Shown here: positions 50,146 to 62,430 of the stretch, in pieces
Layout of the letters: every line of letters starts with the position of its first letter
How positions within the stretch are numbered: the first letter of the stretch is position 1
Origin: Octopus vulgaris
Taxonomy: Eukaryota
Reading direction: 5' to 3'
NCBI GenBank assembly: GCA_951406725.2
Contig: OX597839.1
Location: 30,070,001 to 30,134,000, forward strand
Length of the DNA: 64,000 bases
Position numbers and translations under genes: made by a program
The notes under the pieces: model-generated
What the model saw: only the letters and a program-made list of their open reading frames with translations
What the model was told of the DNA's origin: nothing
The model's database searches: none

Positions 50146-50979
50146 GTGAGTTTTTCTTTCACTTCCCTTTTATTGACTTTTGTTGTTTTAATTAACAATT
50201 TCTTTAGACAAGGCATGAGGCTATCAATATACTCGTCTGTTGGTATTTTATTTTGTTAACCATGGCAAGATGGAAGTCTGTATTTATTTATTTCCTTTTG
50301 AAAAACACTAGTTTAAGGCATTTAATCTGTTGCTTTACTGTTTCTGCTGTCTGTCCTATCCTAGTTTCAATTAATAATGGAATACAATCCACAAAGCTTG
50401 GCAGCTGATGCAATGACCATCCTACCACTAATTGGCATGCATAATTATCATCACAAAGAATTCTAAATTGCTTAATTGTTTATATAAGCAGATGCTATGT
50501 TCAAGACTGGCATCAAACTTTATTGAAATAGTTATTTATTTTCTAATACAAGTTCATTCAGTGCAGCTTTGTTTTCAGTGCCATTTTTTTGAGTAATTAC
50601 TGTCTATGTTAAGAGAAGCTCACCTGTCCAAGCTTCTAATTATTGCAGTTTTGAAAGATTTTGCAATCAGTCCTAGGTGATTAACGTACCTAGTATGGGC
50701 TCTTAGTTCTAAATTATTTTATTTTGTAAGGGTTAGGATGAGAAGAAGAGGGTTGGTGACAAAGGTAACTGTGAATTGACTGTTGATCATCAGAATAAGT
50801 TTTGAACTGTTTCTGGGGAAAATTAGAATTGTGAGAGAATCACTTAGAAAAGATTGAACTATTTGATCCTCTTCTCTGCATTCTGGTTGTCTTTTTTAGG
50901 TGCAACCCGTGGTGTTTGTATGTGTAAAGCAACATCCCGGATTTATACAAAAATCAGTTTTTGATTCACAAATCATCAA

Positions 50980-51826
50980 CGTCATCATCATCGTTGTTTA
51001 ACGTCTGTTTTCCATGCTAGCATGGGTTGGACAGTTTGACTGGGGTCTGGAAAGCCAGGAGGCTGCACCAGGCTCCAGTCAGATCTGGTAGTGTTTCTAT
51101 AGTTGGATGCCCTTCCTAACACCAACCACTCTGTGAGTGTAGTGAGTGCTTTTTATGTGCTATCGGCACAGGGGCCAGAGGAGGCTGGCAACGGCCATGA
51201 TTGGTTGGTGCTTTTTACATGCCACCAGCACGGAAGCCAGTCAAGGCAGCGCTGGCATCAGCCACATTTGGATTGTGCTTTTTATGTGCCACCGACACGG
51301 GTATCACAACTACAATTTCCATTTGATTTTGATGTTGATGTACTTGACTCAATAGGTCTCCTCAAGCACAGCAGGTTGTCCTACGATCCAAGGTACTTTT
51401 GAATGGGCTGGTGCTGGTTATACAAAACTGGTGTAGGATACAGCTGTGAACTCACTTCATTTGTTGGGTCTTTGCAGTCATTGCATATCTCCAGAGGTCT
51501 CAGTCTTTTGTCATTGCCTCTGTGAGGCCCAATGTTTGAAGGTCATGCTTGACCACCTCATCCCATGTCTTCCTGGATCTACCTCTACCCTGGATTCCTT
51601 CAACTGTTTGGGAGTGGCACTTCTTCACTCATCTCTCTTCATCCATCCGTAGTACATGACCAAACCAGCACAAACGTTTCTCTTGCACGCCACATCTGAT
51701 ACTTCTTATGTCCAACTTTTCTCTCAGGGCGCTTACACTTTGTTGTGTTTGCACACTGACATGACACATCCAGCGGATCATGCTAGCTTCATTTCTTTCG
51801 AGCCTACACATGTCCTCCGCAGTCAC
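50980..51826 (-). mobile_element. RTE LINE 3' fragment with tandem-unit UTR and (CAT)n tail
   Basis: TAEDMCRLERNEASMIRWMCHVSV...REKLDIRSIRCGVQEKRLCWFGHVLRMDEE. Confidence 0.8.
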
Positions 51827-52394
51827 AAATTTTGCCATAAGTTATTGACAGATCAAAGTTAAAGTATATCCTGGTCCTAAAGCTGGGAAAATCTAATAAT
51901 TGTAGCAATTTTGAGGGTTTTAGTTGTGTTATGCTCATATGTAGAGATGGCACCTTGCACACCAGTTTGTTTGTATCTGTAATGATAGTGTGTTGGTGTT
52001 GTCTACAGACACTAAGTTGTCACTTGTACATCTCTCAAAATAGATGACTTCCATTGAGGATATTGTCTGTTGTGCTCAATATAGTAAGATGTACCAGCCT
52101 AGACATATGGCCCTTTCGTGTTATCTGGCATACTTAGATCCTCTGGGGAAGGTTATTGACTGTTGAATTGTTAAAATATTTTACGGTGTGCTGCTCCTTT
52201 AAAGTCAGACAATGTGCAAGAGCCATATTCAACTGATTTGCAACACTTTTGTCATGGTTGGCCCTTAATTTACATTGTCAGTGCTCTTAAGAATAAGCTT
52301 GAGCATCACAGTTTCTGTGGCCACTGGGGAGACTTAATGTAATGCTAAATGTTCACACAAATGTTTGTCACAATTTGCTTTGTTTATTGTTTAG

Positions 52395-52563
52395 GTTCAA
52401 AGGTCATCGTTGCTGACGGAATACATTCCTTCAAAGTCCAGCAGCAATGCCAGCACCACTAATGTAGAGAAAGAGTCTGAACAAGAAGAAACCAATGGCT
52501 CAAGCCATGATCCTGATGTCCCCATGGCGGATGACACTGAAACAAGAGATGGAGAGGCTGAAG
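52395..52563 (+). CDS. ph: Polyhomeotic exon after HD1
   Basis: gtttag|GTT CAA AGG TCA TCG TTG CTG completes the conserved EPFPVxRSSLL; weak donor AAG|GTTTTA (phase 1). Confidence 0.8.
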
Positions 52564-52824
52564 GTTTTATAAATATCTTCTCTTTTATTCTTTCTTCTTC
52601 ACAATTCTTCAATTTTTAAAAAATTTGAAAAATAATCGAAATAAGTTTCTGCAATATTTTCCTCTTCATAATTAAGTTTGAACCCCTGGAATGCTGCTGC
52701 TGCTGCTGTCCCTTTTTACCACTTTATTCATGGCTGGGCTCACCAATGAAGCGAATCTGCTGCTTCTATTCCATGTCAAACAGGTTAATAAGACTTGGTT
52801 CTTACCCATATTCACTCTGACAAA

Positions 52825-53260
52825 GGCGGTGACCTGACGGAATTGTTAGAATGTCGAGTAAAATGCTTAGCAACATTTCATACATCCTTGCATTCTGAGT
52901 TCAAATTCCATTGAGGTTAACTTGGCTCTTTCATCCTTCCAAGTTTGATAAAATAAGTGCCAGTCAAATACTGAGATCAATATAATTAACCTCTACTGTC
53001 CCCTCAAAATTTGAAGCCATTATTATTAGAGGCAGCGAGTTGGCAGAATTGTTAGCATGCTGGATGAAATGCTGAGTGGTATTTTGCCTGTCACTACACT
53101 CTGAGTTCAAATTCTGCAGAGATCAACTTTGCCTTTCATCCTTTTGGGGGTCAATATAATGAGTATCAGTTGAACACTGGGGTCGATGTAATCAACTCAT
53201 CCCCTCCCTCAAAATGGCTGCCCTTGTGGCAAAATTTGGAACCATTATTATTATTATCAT
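52825..53260 (+). mobile_element. Two tandem tRNA-derived SINEs
   Basis: Two units GGCGG/GGCAG...GAATTGTTAG...GAGTTCAAATT...TTTCATCCTT...ATTATTATT. Confidence 0.7.
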
Positions 53261-56200
53261 CAATAATATTAATATGCCAATTTGTTCTTTTTGTACGTAA
53301 CTGGCATGTGTGTCACACTTACTTCAAAGAAGTGAGTGGCAGAGTGAGAGAGAAAAAGAAAGAGAGAAAGAAAGTGAGTGAGAGAGACAGTGAGTGGCGA
53401 TGGCGTTTGTTTTGTGTTTTTTAATGTTTCAGAGAGAAAGAGAGAGGGTGAAAGAGACGGTGAGTGGCGATGGCTTTCATTTTGTGTTTTTAAAATGTTT
53501 CAGAGAGGAAATGGTTTATACAGCTTGATGCCCTTCCTAATACCAGCCACTTTACTACAGAGTGTACTGGGTGCTTTTGATGTAGCACTAGCACTAGTGA
53601 GGTTGCCAAATACCTGCAAGATAAGACCTTTCAGTGTAGTTGGGGTATAGACTAGAGAAAGAAACTATGATAGAGAGAGGGGCAGATGTCTTGCTGAATA
53701 GGGGAATATGTAGCTTTCCCACCTGGAAAGTGAGAAAGAGTGAGATGTGCAATCCATGCAGTATACATGAATATGAGACAGTTTCTCAAAAAATGTTCTC
53801 TAGCGCACAGCACGCTCTTCTTTTTCTACAGTTCTTGTCTCTGCACTTGCTGTGTGAAAACTCTGTCCCTGACTTCTTCACAGAACTTCTTGAAAATGCT
53901 TTGTTGACTCTGGTAGTTCTTTATTATAACTCTACCTGCTCATCAGAACCTTTCTGTGTAAGTAATGCCAGGATGGTATTCTTCTTATTCCTCTAGCTGT
54001 TGTTTAAAAAAAAAGCCCAACAAAGTGACATCAGTAAGGTGTTGAGTTTTAAGACCCCCTAATCATGGCCCAATTTCTGCTTTCAAAGAAAGCTGTAGTA
54101 ATGACTTTAGTCCAACAAATTAAATGTGATGGATCAGGAAACTTCTAATTTTATATTTCATAATAAACATGTAAAGAAGCTTCAGTAACTCTTCACTTTT
54201 TCATACTGCTCTATATTTCAAGCTGCTCAATATTTCATAATGCAAATCTCTTGTTTTAATGATTTATATCTAATTTCAAACCTCTTCTCATAATTTCATT
54301 CCAAAACCTGTTATTAAGTTATGTTCCAAACACCATCATTTCAATAATGAAATAATTTATTAAATCTCTCCAAATACTGCATTATCTACAAACACTACTT
54401 TTCTTTAAGAATATGACCAGCAAAATGTTAAAATAAATAAAATAAGTATCAGTTACTGGGGTTGATGTAATCAACTTTTCCTGTCCCCTGAAATTGCTGG
54501 CCTTGTGCCAAAATTTGAAACCATATATAAATTATTTTACATGATAAATAGGGATCTTTTGAGTTTTGAATTTTTCTCCTTTTCTTCTCTTTGTCATTAA
54601 CGAAAATTAGTTATTCAAAAATCAAGCCAAAATTATTTCTGAATTGGCTAAATATTTAGGCTGTTGGTGGGAATTTTAAACTTTAATTTCAAATTGATAA
54701 TAATTGAAATCATCATCATCATATGTCTGTTTTCCATGCTAGCATGGGTAGACAGATTGACAGGAGCTGGCAAGCCTGAGAGCTGCACCAGGCACCAATT
54801 GTCTGTTCTGGCATGATTTCTATGGCTTGATGCCCATCCTAACACCAACCACTTTACAGAGTGTATTGGGTGCTTTTTTTTACATGGCATCAACACCAAT
54901 GCTTTTTATAAAAATTAAAATTGCAGGGAGACATAAACCTGAGATTAGAATTCTTACAACAAAATTTGGGTTTTTTCCCTTCAGTTATATTATTTGAATT
55001 ATATTTTCACTGAAATAGTTTTAAGTCACTTCATTTATTTATGGAATAACTCAGGTTTAACAATTTGAAATTAAAAATCAAAATTACCATCTTTGAAATA
55101 TATTTCTTCAGAATTTTAAAAATTTTATTTCCTTAATTAGTTTATTCATTTATTCCTTTTTTTCACTCAAGTAATTAGTTTTCTATTTGTTGTTGTTAAT
55201 TCTGTTTGTAATGGTTTCTCTTTCATTTCTTTGATTTGGCTATCTTTCTACCTGACCTATTTTCATGATCTGTTTATTATACACCCAATTATGTCGAGTG
55301 TGCTAATTACTATTCATTATAAAATACTGCTGCTGTTGCTAATAGCTAATCTATTTATTACATTTTGTTGTTGTTCTTTTTCTGTATTAATTACCTTTTT
55401 TCTTTCTCTTTAGTCTGTTTCTGTTCAGACATCCTCCTTCACTCTTTATTCTCTTGGCATTCATTTTCAAAGCCACTTTGGTCTGCTCATTAAAAATGGG
55501 GCCTCATTCTTAGCAGCTTCTATCATGGTTTGTTTATTTTGCAATCTTTCTTCTGCTTACAGCAGCGATCCATTGTGTGTGTGTATGTCTATATACATAC
55601 ACATATGTGATAATGAATCTTCTAACTTATTAGCTCATATTAGCACACCTAAAAACTTCATTTCCAAGTCAGCTCGACGAATCCTCTTGTATTATAAGCT
55701 ATATTTGTGATATTTCAAGCTAACTTTACTAAATTCTGTAATGCTATCTCCTTGTGTTGTGTCTGACCCATTTAAGTATTAAGTAACATACTCAAGGATG
55801 TCATGCAATCCTGGTGGCAAATCAAGACTTATTGTTTTGTCTAGTCATACTCATTCAGACATTTACTCTGTCTTTTCTTCTATCAGCTTTTGTCTATCTC
55901 ACAGTTATTTATTATTAATCATATCTAATTATAATGGATAGTATTTCTTAGTATTTTCTCCTTATTTTAGGGTGGTGAGCTGGCAGAATTGTTTGTATGT
56001 TAGGTAAAATGCTTGTCAGCTTTCCTTCTGTCTTTACATTCCGAATTCAAATTCTGCTTGAGGTCAACTTTGCTTTCATTCTTTTGTGGTCGATAAAATA
56101 AGTACCAGTTGAACTCTGGGGTCAATGTAATCAACTTACCTATTCCCTCAAAATTGTTAGATATACTGAAATTTGAAACCGCTATTTTCTCTTTCTTTTA

Positions 56201-56524
56201 ATCATTAAAAAATTTTTAAGAATGATGTCATTAGATTTTTTTTCTTTCAAATAAGATCAAGTGTTGAGGTTTTGAGGTAACTAAATTAACATTTTAAGAA
56301 AAAACTGATATTTTTATTGATTCAAACTTAATTTCTTGAAAATTCTTTATAGAATTTTAAGTGTTAATTTCAATTTTTTAAAAAACTATTTCAAATTTTT
56401 CCCCCAATTTTTGTTTAAATAAACATTTCAAAATTTCTCAAATTGAAATTTCACCTCCCATCAAGGATAGTTAAATTGAAATTTACATTACTTGATCATA
56501 AATAATTGAGCAGGAATGTGGAAT

Positions 56525-57390
56525 GCATTTAAACCAGCCAACATAAGCCCATATATATCACTTGTTTTATGTTCAAACTAGCCAGATTTGGCCTCTTGTA
56601 CCTGCCCTACAACATCATTCAAAGGATAAACAATCACATCATTGAAATCTCAAAGCCATGAGATAATGCATGATTAATTCAAAACAATGTGAATAAATAA
56701 GCATTATATTTGACAGAGAAGTAATCTGAATGGAGAAGTGTTAAACTTAGCCATAAAGACTAACAAATCTCTTGCCATTTATAACATGTTCTCTGTTGCT
56801 TATCTGAGAAATGTTTTTCTTTTTTTTTCTTTTTTTTTTTTTTTTTTCACTTATGTAGACACTCATCCTAGCAATTTAATTTTTGACCCAGTTTTGATCC
56901 TCACTTTTAACCATTTCATACCAGTTATTTGTGGAAATAGCATTCAGTGTCCGTCAAGAAAGAGTAGAAATCAAAATTTATGGAGATCTGATGGAAAGTC
57001 TTCAAAGATAGCAACGAGTCTTTGACTTAAACCTTTAGCATTCAGATTGCTCCATCAAATGTAATACATATTCATTTGCATTGTTTCAAATTAATTGGGC
57101 AATTATTTTGTGACTTTGAGATTTCAATGATGTGAAAATACATTGTAGGGTAGGTATGGAAGGCCGGATCTGACCAGTTTGAACATGAGACATGTCGAAT
57201 ATTTTGGCCAATTTAAATGCTAAAGAATGAATCATGCATGATCTCATATCTTCAAGATTTTGATTATGTGATTGTTTAATTTTAGAATGGCATTGTGTAA
57301 TGTAGGTGGGAGAGGCTGGATCCGGCCAGTCTGAACATAAAACGGGTGGAATATTTGGGCCAGATATGGCCATTGCTTTAAATGCTAAAC
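56525..57390. mobile_element. Cluster of partial copies of the TTAA-MITE family (see 62205-62430)
   Basis: CCTTTAGCATTCAGATT start at ~57032; GGATC.G.CCAG..TGAACAT...AATGCTAAA units at 57165-57225 and 57315-57390; inverted copy at 56525-56745. Confidence 0.6.
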
Positions 57391-57863
57391 AATTTGGGAA
57401 ACAAAAAGGATAATCCTTCAAAGTAGAAATAAATTTGGACAGCAAACAAATTGAGAAAACATTAAGACTTGTTGATGAGTTTAGATCTGTAAATTTATGT
57501 CTTTTGATTTGTTGTGATCTGGACAAAGTACTTTTCTTGTATATCTTTGCAGTTCACTTAACCATCAGGATTCAAGTAGCACCTTATCTGGGATTGCTAT
57601 CAGTAATTCAGTTGAGGGGTCATTTTTTATTTTAACAATATTTGATTTTAATTGTATGATGTGCTTCAGTTTTTTTTTTCTCTGTGTTTGAATAGGATCT
57701 GTTGTAATTAGTTATTAGGGTTCATGTGTGCCTATGGTTTTAAAAGGTCTGCAAATTTCGCTCATATCTCAATTGTCTCTGTTCTGAAGATACTAACTAT
57801 CACAAATGAACTTTAACACCTAATTCTCAACAATCCACTTAAAAAGAATGCAGTGTCTGCCTG

Positions 57864-57896
<33 letters not shown>

Positions 57897-58109
57897 ACAT
57901 AGTCTTACTTTGTACAATTTCCATAAGAATCTTGACCTAAAGACTTAATTGAAGATTAAAATTGATATTTTGGTAAACATGTTTTCATATATATTTTGGG
58001 GGTTCAAACACCAAATTAGTCTGTAACAAGACCATATATATATATATAGTTTTGTGTGTGTGTGTATACACACACATATATATGGTTTTGTGTGTGTGTG
58101 TATATATAT

Positions 58110-59260
58110 GCTGTGTAAAGAAGTGCCAATCTCTAACTGTGGAGGGAACCTGTACTAGAGATAGACTCAGGAAGACATGGGATGAGGTGGTGAAGCATGA
58201 TCCTCGAATTTTGAGCCTCACAGAGGCAGTGACTTGTGGCCGAGATTTTTGGTGATGTGCTGTGCTTGAGAGGACCCGTCAAGCCGGGTGCACCCGTGCT
58301 GGTGGCACTCAAAGAACATCCTTTGAACATTGGGCCTCACCGAGGCAAAGTAGTTGAGTTCCTTTAAAGCGTTGGGCCTCACAAAGGTAAGGTAACTGAG
58401 TTCCTTTTGAGTGTTGGACCTCATGAAGGTAAAGTGGCTGAGTTCCTTTCAAGCATTGGGCCTCATGGAGGCAAGGTGACTGAGTTCCTTTCGAGTGTTG
58501 GGCCTCATGGAGGCAGTGACCAAGATCTTTAGCATTATGTCATGCTTGAGAAGACCCATCAAACTGAGCAAATTTGCAGTTGTGACAGATACTGGTGTCA
58601 CACAAATTGGCATGTAAATGTACCCCCAGTGTCATGCAAAGGGCACCTGTGCTGGTGACATATAAAAGCACCAATTACACTCTCGGAGTGGTTGGCATTA
58701 GGAAGGGCATCCAGCTTTAGAAAACTATGCCAAATCAGAATGGATTTTGGTGCAGCCTTTCAGCGTGCCAGCCCAGTCAAACTCATGTCAGTATGGACAA
58801 CAGACGTTAAATGACGATGATGATGATGATCATCATCATCATCGTTTAGCGTCCGTTTTCCATGCTGGCATGGGTTGGACAGTGCAACTGGGGTCTGGGA
58901 AGCCAGAAGGCTGCACCAGGCCCAGTCTGATCTGGCAATGTTTCTACGGCTGGATGCCCTTCCTAACGCCAACCACTCCGTGAGTGTAGTGGGTGCTTTT
59001 TACGTGCCACCTGCACAGGTGCCAGACAAGTCTGGCAAATGGCCACGGTCGGATGGTGCTTTTTACATGCCACCGGCACAGAGGCCAGGCGAGGCTGGCA
59101 ACGGCCACGATCGGATGGTGCTTTTTACGTGCCACCGGCACGGAAGCCAGTCAGGGCGGCACTGGCAACGGCCACGTTCGGATGGTTCTCTTATGTGCCA
59201 CCAGCACTGATATCTCAGCGACAATTTCCATTCATGTTGATCGATTTTGATTTTTGATTT
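58110..59260. mobile_element. Two RTE 3' ends joined tail-to-tail (+ 58110-58829; - 58830-59260)
   Basis: (GAT)n meets (CAT)n at 58829/58830; tandem GGGCCTCA units 58320-58520 and ~62-bp units 58990-59210. Confidence 0.8.
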
Positions 59261-59608
59261 TGATTTATATACAAACTTGCTACCAGTTTAAATATGTTTG
59301 AGGTATATTCAAACCCATAAGAAAACCATTCACTGTATGTTGTGACGGAGAAATTATTTTTGCTATAGACAGATCCTCCTCCTCATCATCATTTAGTGTC
59401 TGTTTTCTATGCTGGCATGGGTTAGATGGAACTGGTCAACTGAAGTGCTACACCAGACTCCCGTCTGTTTTGACTTGGTTTCTACAGCTGGCTGCCCTTC
59501 CTAATACCAGCCACTCCACAGAGTGTACCATGTGCCTTTTATGTGTCACTAGCAATGGCCATGTCTATGATCTCACTCAATTTGACATGAGTTCACAGCA
59601 TCGCCTAA

Positions 59609-59669
59609 CCAGAATTGTTGGATGCATGCATTTCAGAGTGGTTATCTCCTCTTCAGCAGCAGAGACTGG
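59609..59669 (-). ncRNA. Type I hammerhead-ribozyme-like motif (Penelope/retrozyme style), partly CpG-decayed
   Basis: Minus strand reads CCAG TCTC TGCTG CTGAAGA GGAG ATAACCA CTCT GAAA TGCATGCA TC CAACA ATT CTGG: core, stem II, palindromic stem III and stem I with an internal loop. Confidence 0.7.
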
Positions 59670-60583
59670 AAAGGCAGACATTGTGAACTGATCTGAGAGA
59701 AAGATCCCTCTCATGATATTCCTGTAATTGTTCAATGGCTGGTTACACTATTCAGTGGCTCAATGTAAATAAGTTGCAGGGTGACAGTGCTGAGCAGTGA
59801 TGTGTATAAATGCAAAGTTGTTACCATTTCAAATATGCTTCAGGCATTTTCGAATCTGTAAGAAAGCCATTTACTGGAGCAAATTGTGCATCATTTATAA
59901 CACGTTCACACACACACATGAAATGATGCTTGCAGTGGAATGTAATGTTGGAGATAAATTCTCCCTTAGAGATTTTGTTATTAAAAACACAGCAGGCTCC
60001 AAATGACATCAGTGGACTGTGAGACATTGCTGTTTTGATGTAATTTCACCTTCTTATAAAATGTTATAAGATATTATAAAGTATTGTTTTAAAATTTACT
60101 TGTAAAGTGACAAATTCTGCCGAGTTACATTGAGGAATCTCTTGTATCAGTGAATTATATTTATATGTGAATTTATTTCACTTTATAGTTTTCTTTAAGC
60201 ATTTTGGTAAATTCCAAATATTTTGTGCTACTTTAACCCCTTGGTGCACTCATGTTCAATCAAAAATCTAATATTGTCTAAGAATGTGTACAATTCTTCT
60301 ATATTTCTGTACAGTTATATAATCCAGTTGAATATTGGCTAATAATTTGTTTTGTATGGTAATATTTAAAGAAAATATTAAAGTTTTCATTGAATTTCCT
60401 GTAATTAGGAGGATTTGTAGGCAAAATTCAAGCATAGATTTAATTAAGAAGTTTTTATTAAGTTTTGTTCTGAACATCACATATATTGGTAAACAAAAAA
60501 TTTTATGCAAATTAGTAGCCCCAGATATCTGTAGCTACTGTAGTTGTTGAGAATATCAACAGATTTGCTGCTTCTTTCTCAGG

Positions 60584-60661
60584 GATTGGTCAAATTGATG
60601 TAGACATTTCTGATGAGAATCCAATAAGATTTGAAAATTAATCAAGGTTTTTGATTGATTC
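60584..60661 (+). ncRNA. Degenerate hammerhead-ribozyme-like motif
   Basis: CTGATGA (60610-60616) - GAATC CAATAA GATTT - GAAA; upstream GTC followed by AAAT/ATTT stem I and a GATTGGT/ATTAATC stem III (needs one extra A in the core). Confidence 0.45.
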
Positions 60662-61004
60662 TAGTTTCAGCTCATGAGCTGTGGCCATGCTGGGGCACCG
60701 CCATTAGGTTGTTTGTCATTTTTCTCAATCTATAGGGAAATTGCTACTAAATAGGTTATATAATTGTTTTTAAAAAAACCATTCAAAGTTCTCTCTTTTA
60801 GAATTGAATGGAAATGCAGAGGAATGTAGTTTAGTCAAAAATCTAGTTACAAAAGGGTTAAAACTGATGATGCTTACTTTTGAAAATAACTTTGAAATTT
60901 TTATTATTAAACCATCTATTCTGGCTGTTCGTGCTAATCTTTCTTTCTTTCTTTTTTTTTTTTTTTTGAATATTTTCAATGATGACAAGTTATTTTACTT
61001 TCAG

Positions 61005-61046
61005 GTCTGCTGGGGCCCCCAAATGTGGACAAAAGAATGAGCTCAG
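61005..61046 (+). CDS. ph: Polyhomeotic 42-nt exon
   Basis: ttttactttcag|GT...CAG|GTGAGT; phase 1/1; (G)LLGPPNVDKRMSS. Confidence 0.65.
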
Positions 61047-62204
61047 GTGAGTTTTTATATCATTTAACCCTTCAGCATTCAATCCAGCCATATCCAGGGG
61101 CCAAACATTCAACCTGTTTTATGTTCAAATCATTCACATCTGTTCCTTGTATAGGATGTCCATGTCGAGAAGGTTAGCGTGTCAGCATTACAAACATTAT
61201 TTTACAGTATTACATCTAGGGAGGTAAACCTCATTCATTTCAGTAGCTTGCCAATCTAGTAAAACTCCAAAGGTCATGAGCCCTGCCCTTCCTCTTCTCC
61301 CCACCCTCCTTTTTTTTTGTAACTGACTGAACCAACAACCGTAGAGTGTTGAGTTCATGTGAGGCAGCTGCTATTTGTGATGAGAGGAAGAGGTTTCTGG
61401 TTGTGAGAAGGTGGAAGTGGAGAGAGAGAGAGAGAGAGAGAGAGGGTGGAGTCTGTTGGGGTGGAGTATGGAAGAAAATAAAGGAAAGAGAAAAGGGTTA
61501 GGGAGAAAGAGAGGTATGGAATTTGTTGGGGGTGAGTAGGCCATGGAAGGAAATTATGATAAGGATTTATTGTTGACAGTGCTTAGATGCACTCTATCTT
61601 GTCAGAAAAGAATAAAAGAGAGGATAGAAAGCAGCAAGACAGCAAAAAAGAAAGAGCCAGAAGCATGTGCACAGTCATCATCATCATCATCATCATCTTC
61701 ATCATTATTGAATGTCTGTGTTGAACGTTGGCATGAGTTGGACAGGATCCAACAAGCCAAAGGACTGTGTTAAGTTCCAAAGCACAAAAGGACCCCAGAA
61801 AAAGTAATGAGTAAAGGAGCCTTAAAGGTATATCAGGAACAGAACTAGCAAATTTTGGTAAGCCTGGAATTTCTGAGGGACATGGTATACCCCTTTTCAC
61901 CTCTCATTTGTGGATGGTTAATTCCATGCTTCGACAATTCTGAGTATGAAAAAATGTTTCTGTGTTGGTTTCTATCATCATTTAACGTCCGCTTTCTATG
62001 ATGGTGAATAATCTTGGCCTTCTACCAAGATAGCTGTTAGACATTTGAAACATGTTGATACCCAAAGAAGCAAAAATGTCAAGATGTGATTAGTGATAGA
62101 TGGTAGGTATTGGATATTCTGTGTATTGATATTCTGGACAGAATAAGGGTCCTAGACTGGAGGTGCAAGCTGAGTGGACATATCATAGCCATATATAGCT
62201 TTAA

Positions 62205-62430
62205 CCCTTTAGCACTCAGATTATTCTGTCAGATGTTCTCTGCTTCTTTATTCCCCCTTGTTTTGAATTAATCACACATTATCTCATAACTTCAAGATTT
62301 CAATGATATGTTTGTTTATTATTAGAATGACCTTATAAGGCAAGTGTGAGAGGCCAGATCCAGCCAGTTTGAACATAAAATAATAAGTAGAATATCTGGG
62401 TTGGCTATGGCTAGATTAAATGCTAAAGGG
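62205..62430. mobile_element. piggyBac-like MITE with TTAA target duplication
   Basis: TTAA|CCCTTTAGCA ... TGCTAAAGGG|TTAA. Confidence 0.8.

Larger units (their letters stand above)
31172..61046 (+). other. ph: Gene model (3'-incomplete): polyhomeotic-like Polycomb protein; join(31172-31352,35956-36074,44630-44825,47434-47483,49117-50145,52395-52563,61005-61046,...)
   Basis: Exon phases are compatible throughout; N-terminal QVQVIHQP...QQQLMLQNAAVQ resembles the PHC N-terminus; HD1 QKAIVKPHILTHVIEGFIIHEGPEPFPVQRSSLL; FCS finger and SAM not in the window. Confidence 0.88.

Noticed and set aside
50146-50259. Hydrophobic C-terminal tail of the 356-aa ORF (possible TM segment)
   Set aside because: Read-through past a consensus GTGAGT donor; the conserved PVxRSSLL continues in the exon at 52395
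58990-59210. ~62-bp repeated units, superficially CRISPR-like (also 17720-17880, 58320-58520)
   Set aside because: Contiguous tandem units without unique spacers, part of RTE 3' UTRs; no cas genes; eukaryotic DNA
59670-60580. Possible Penelope GIY-YIG or RT remnant between the two hammerhead-like motifs
   Set aside because: No recognisable GIY-YIG or RT motifs in the translations inspected, and the two motifs are not copies of each other
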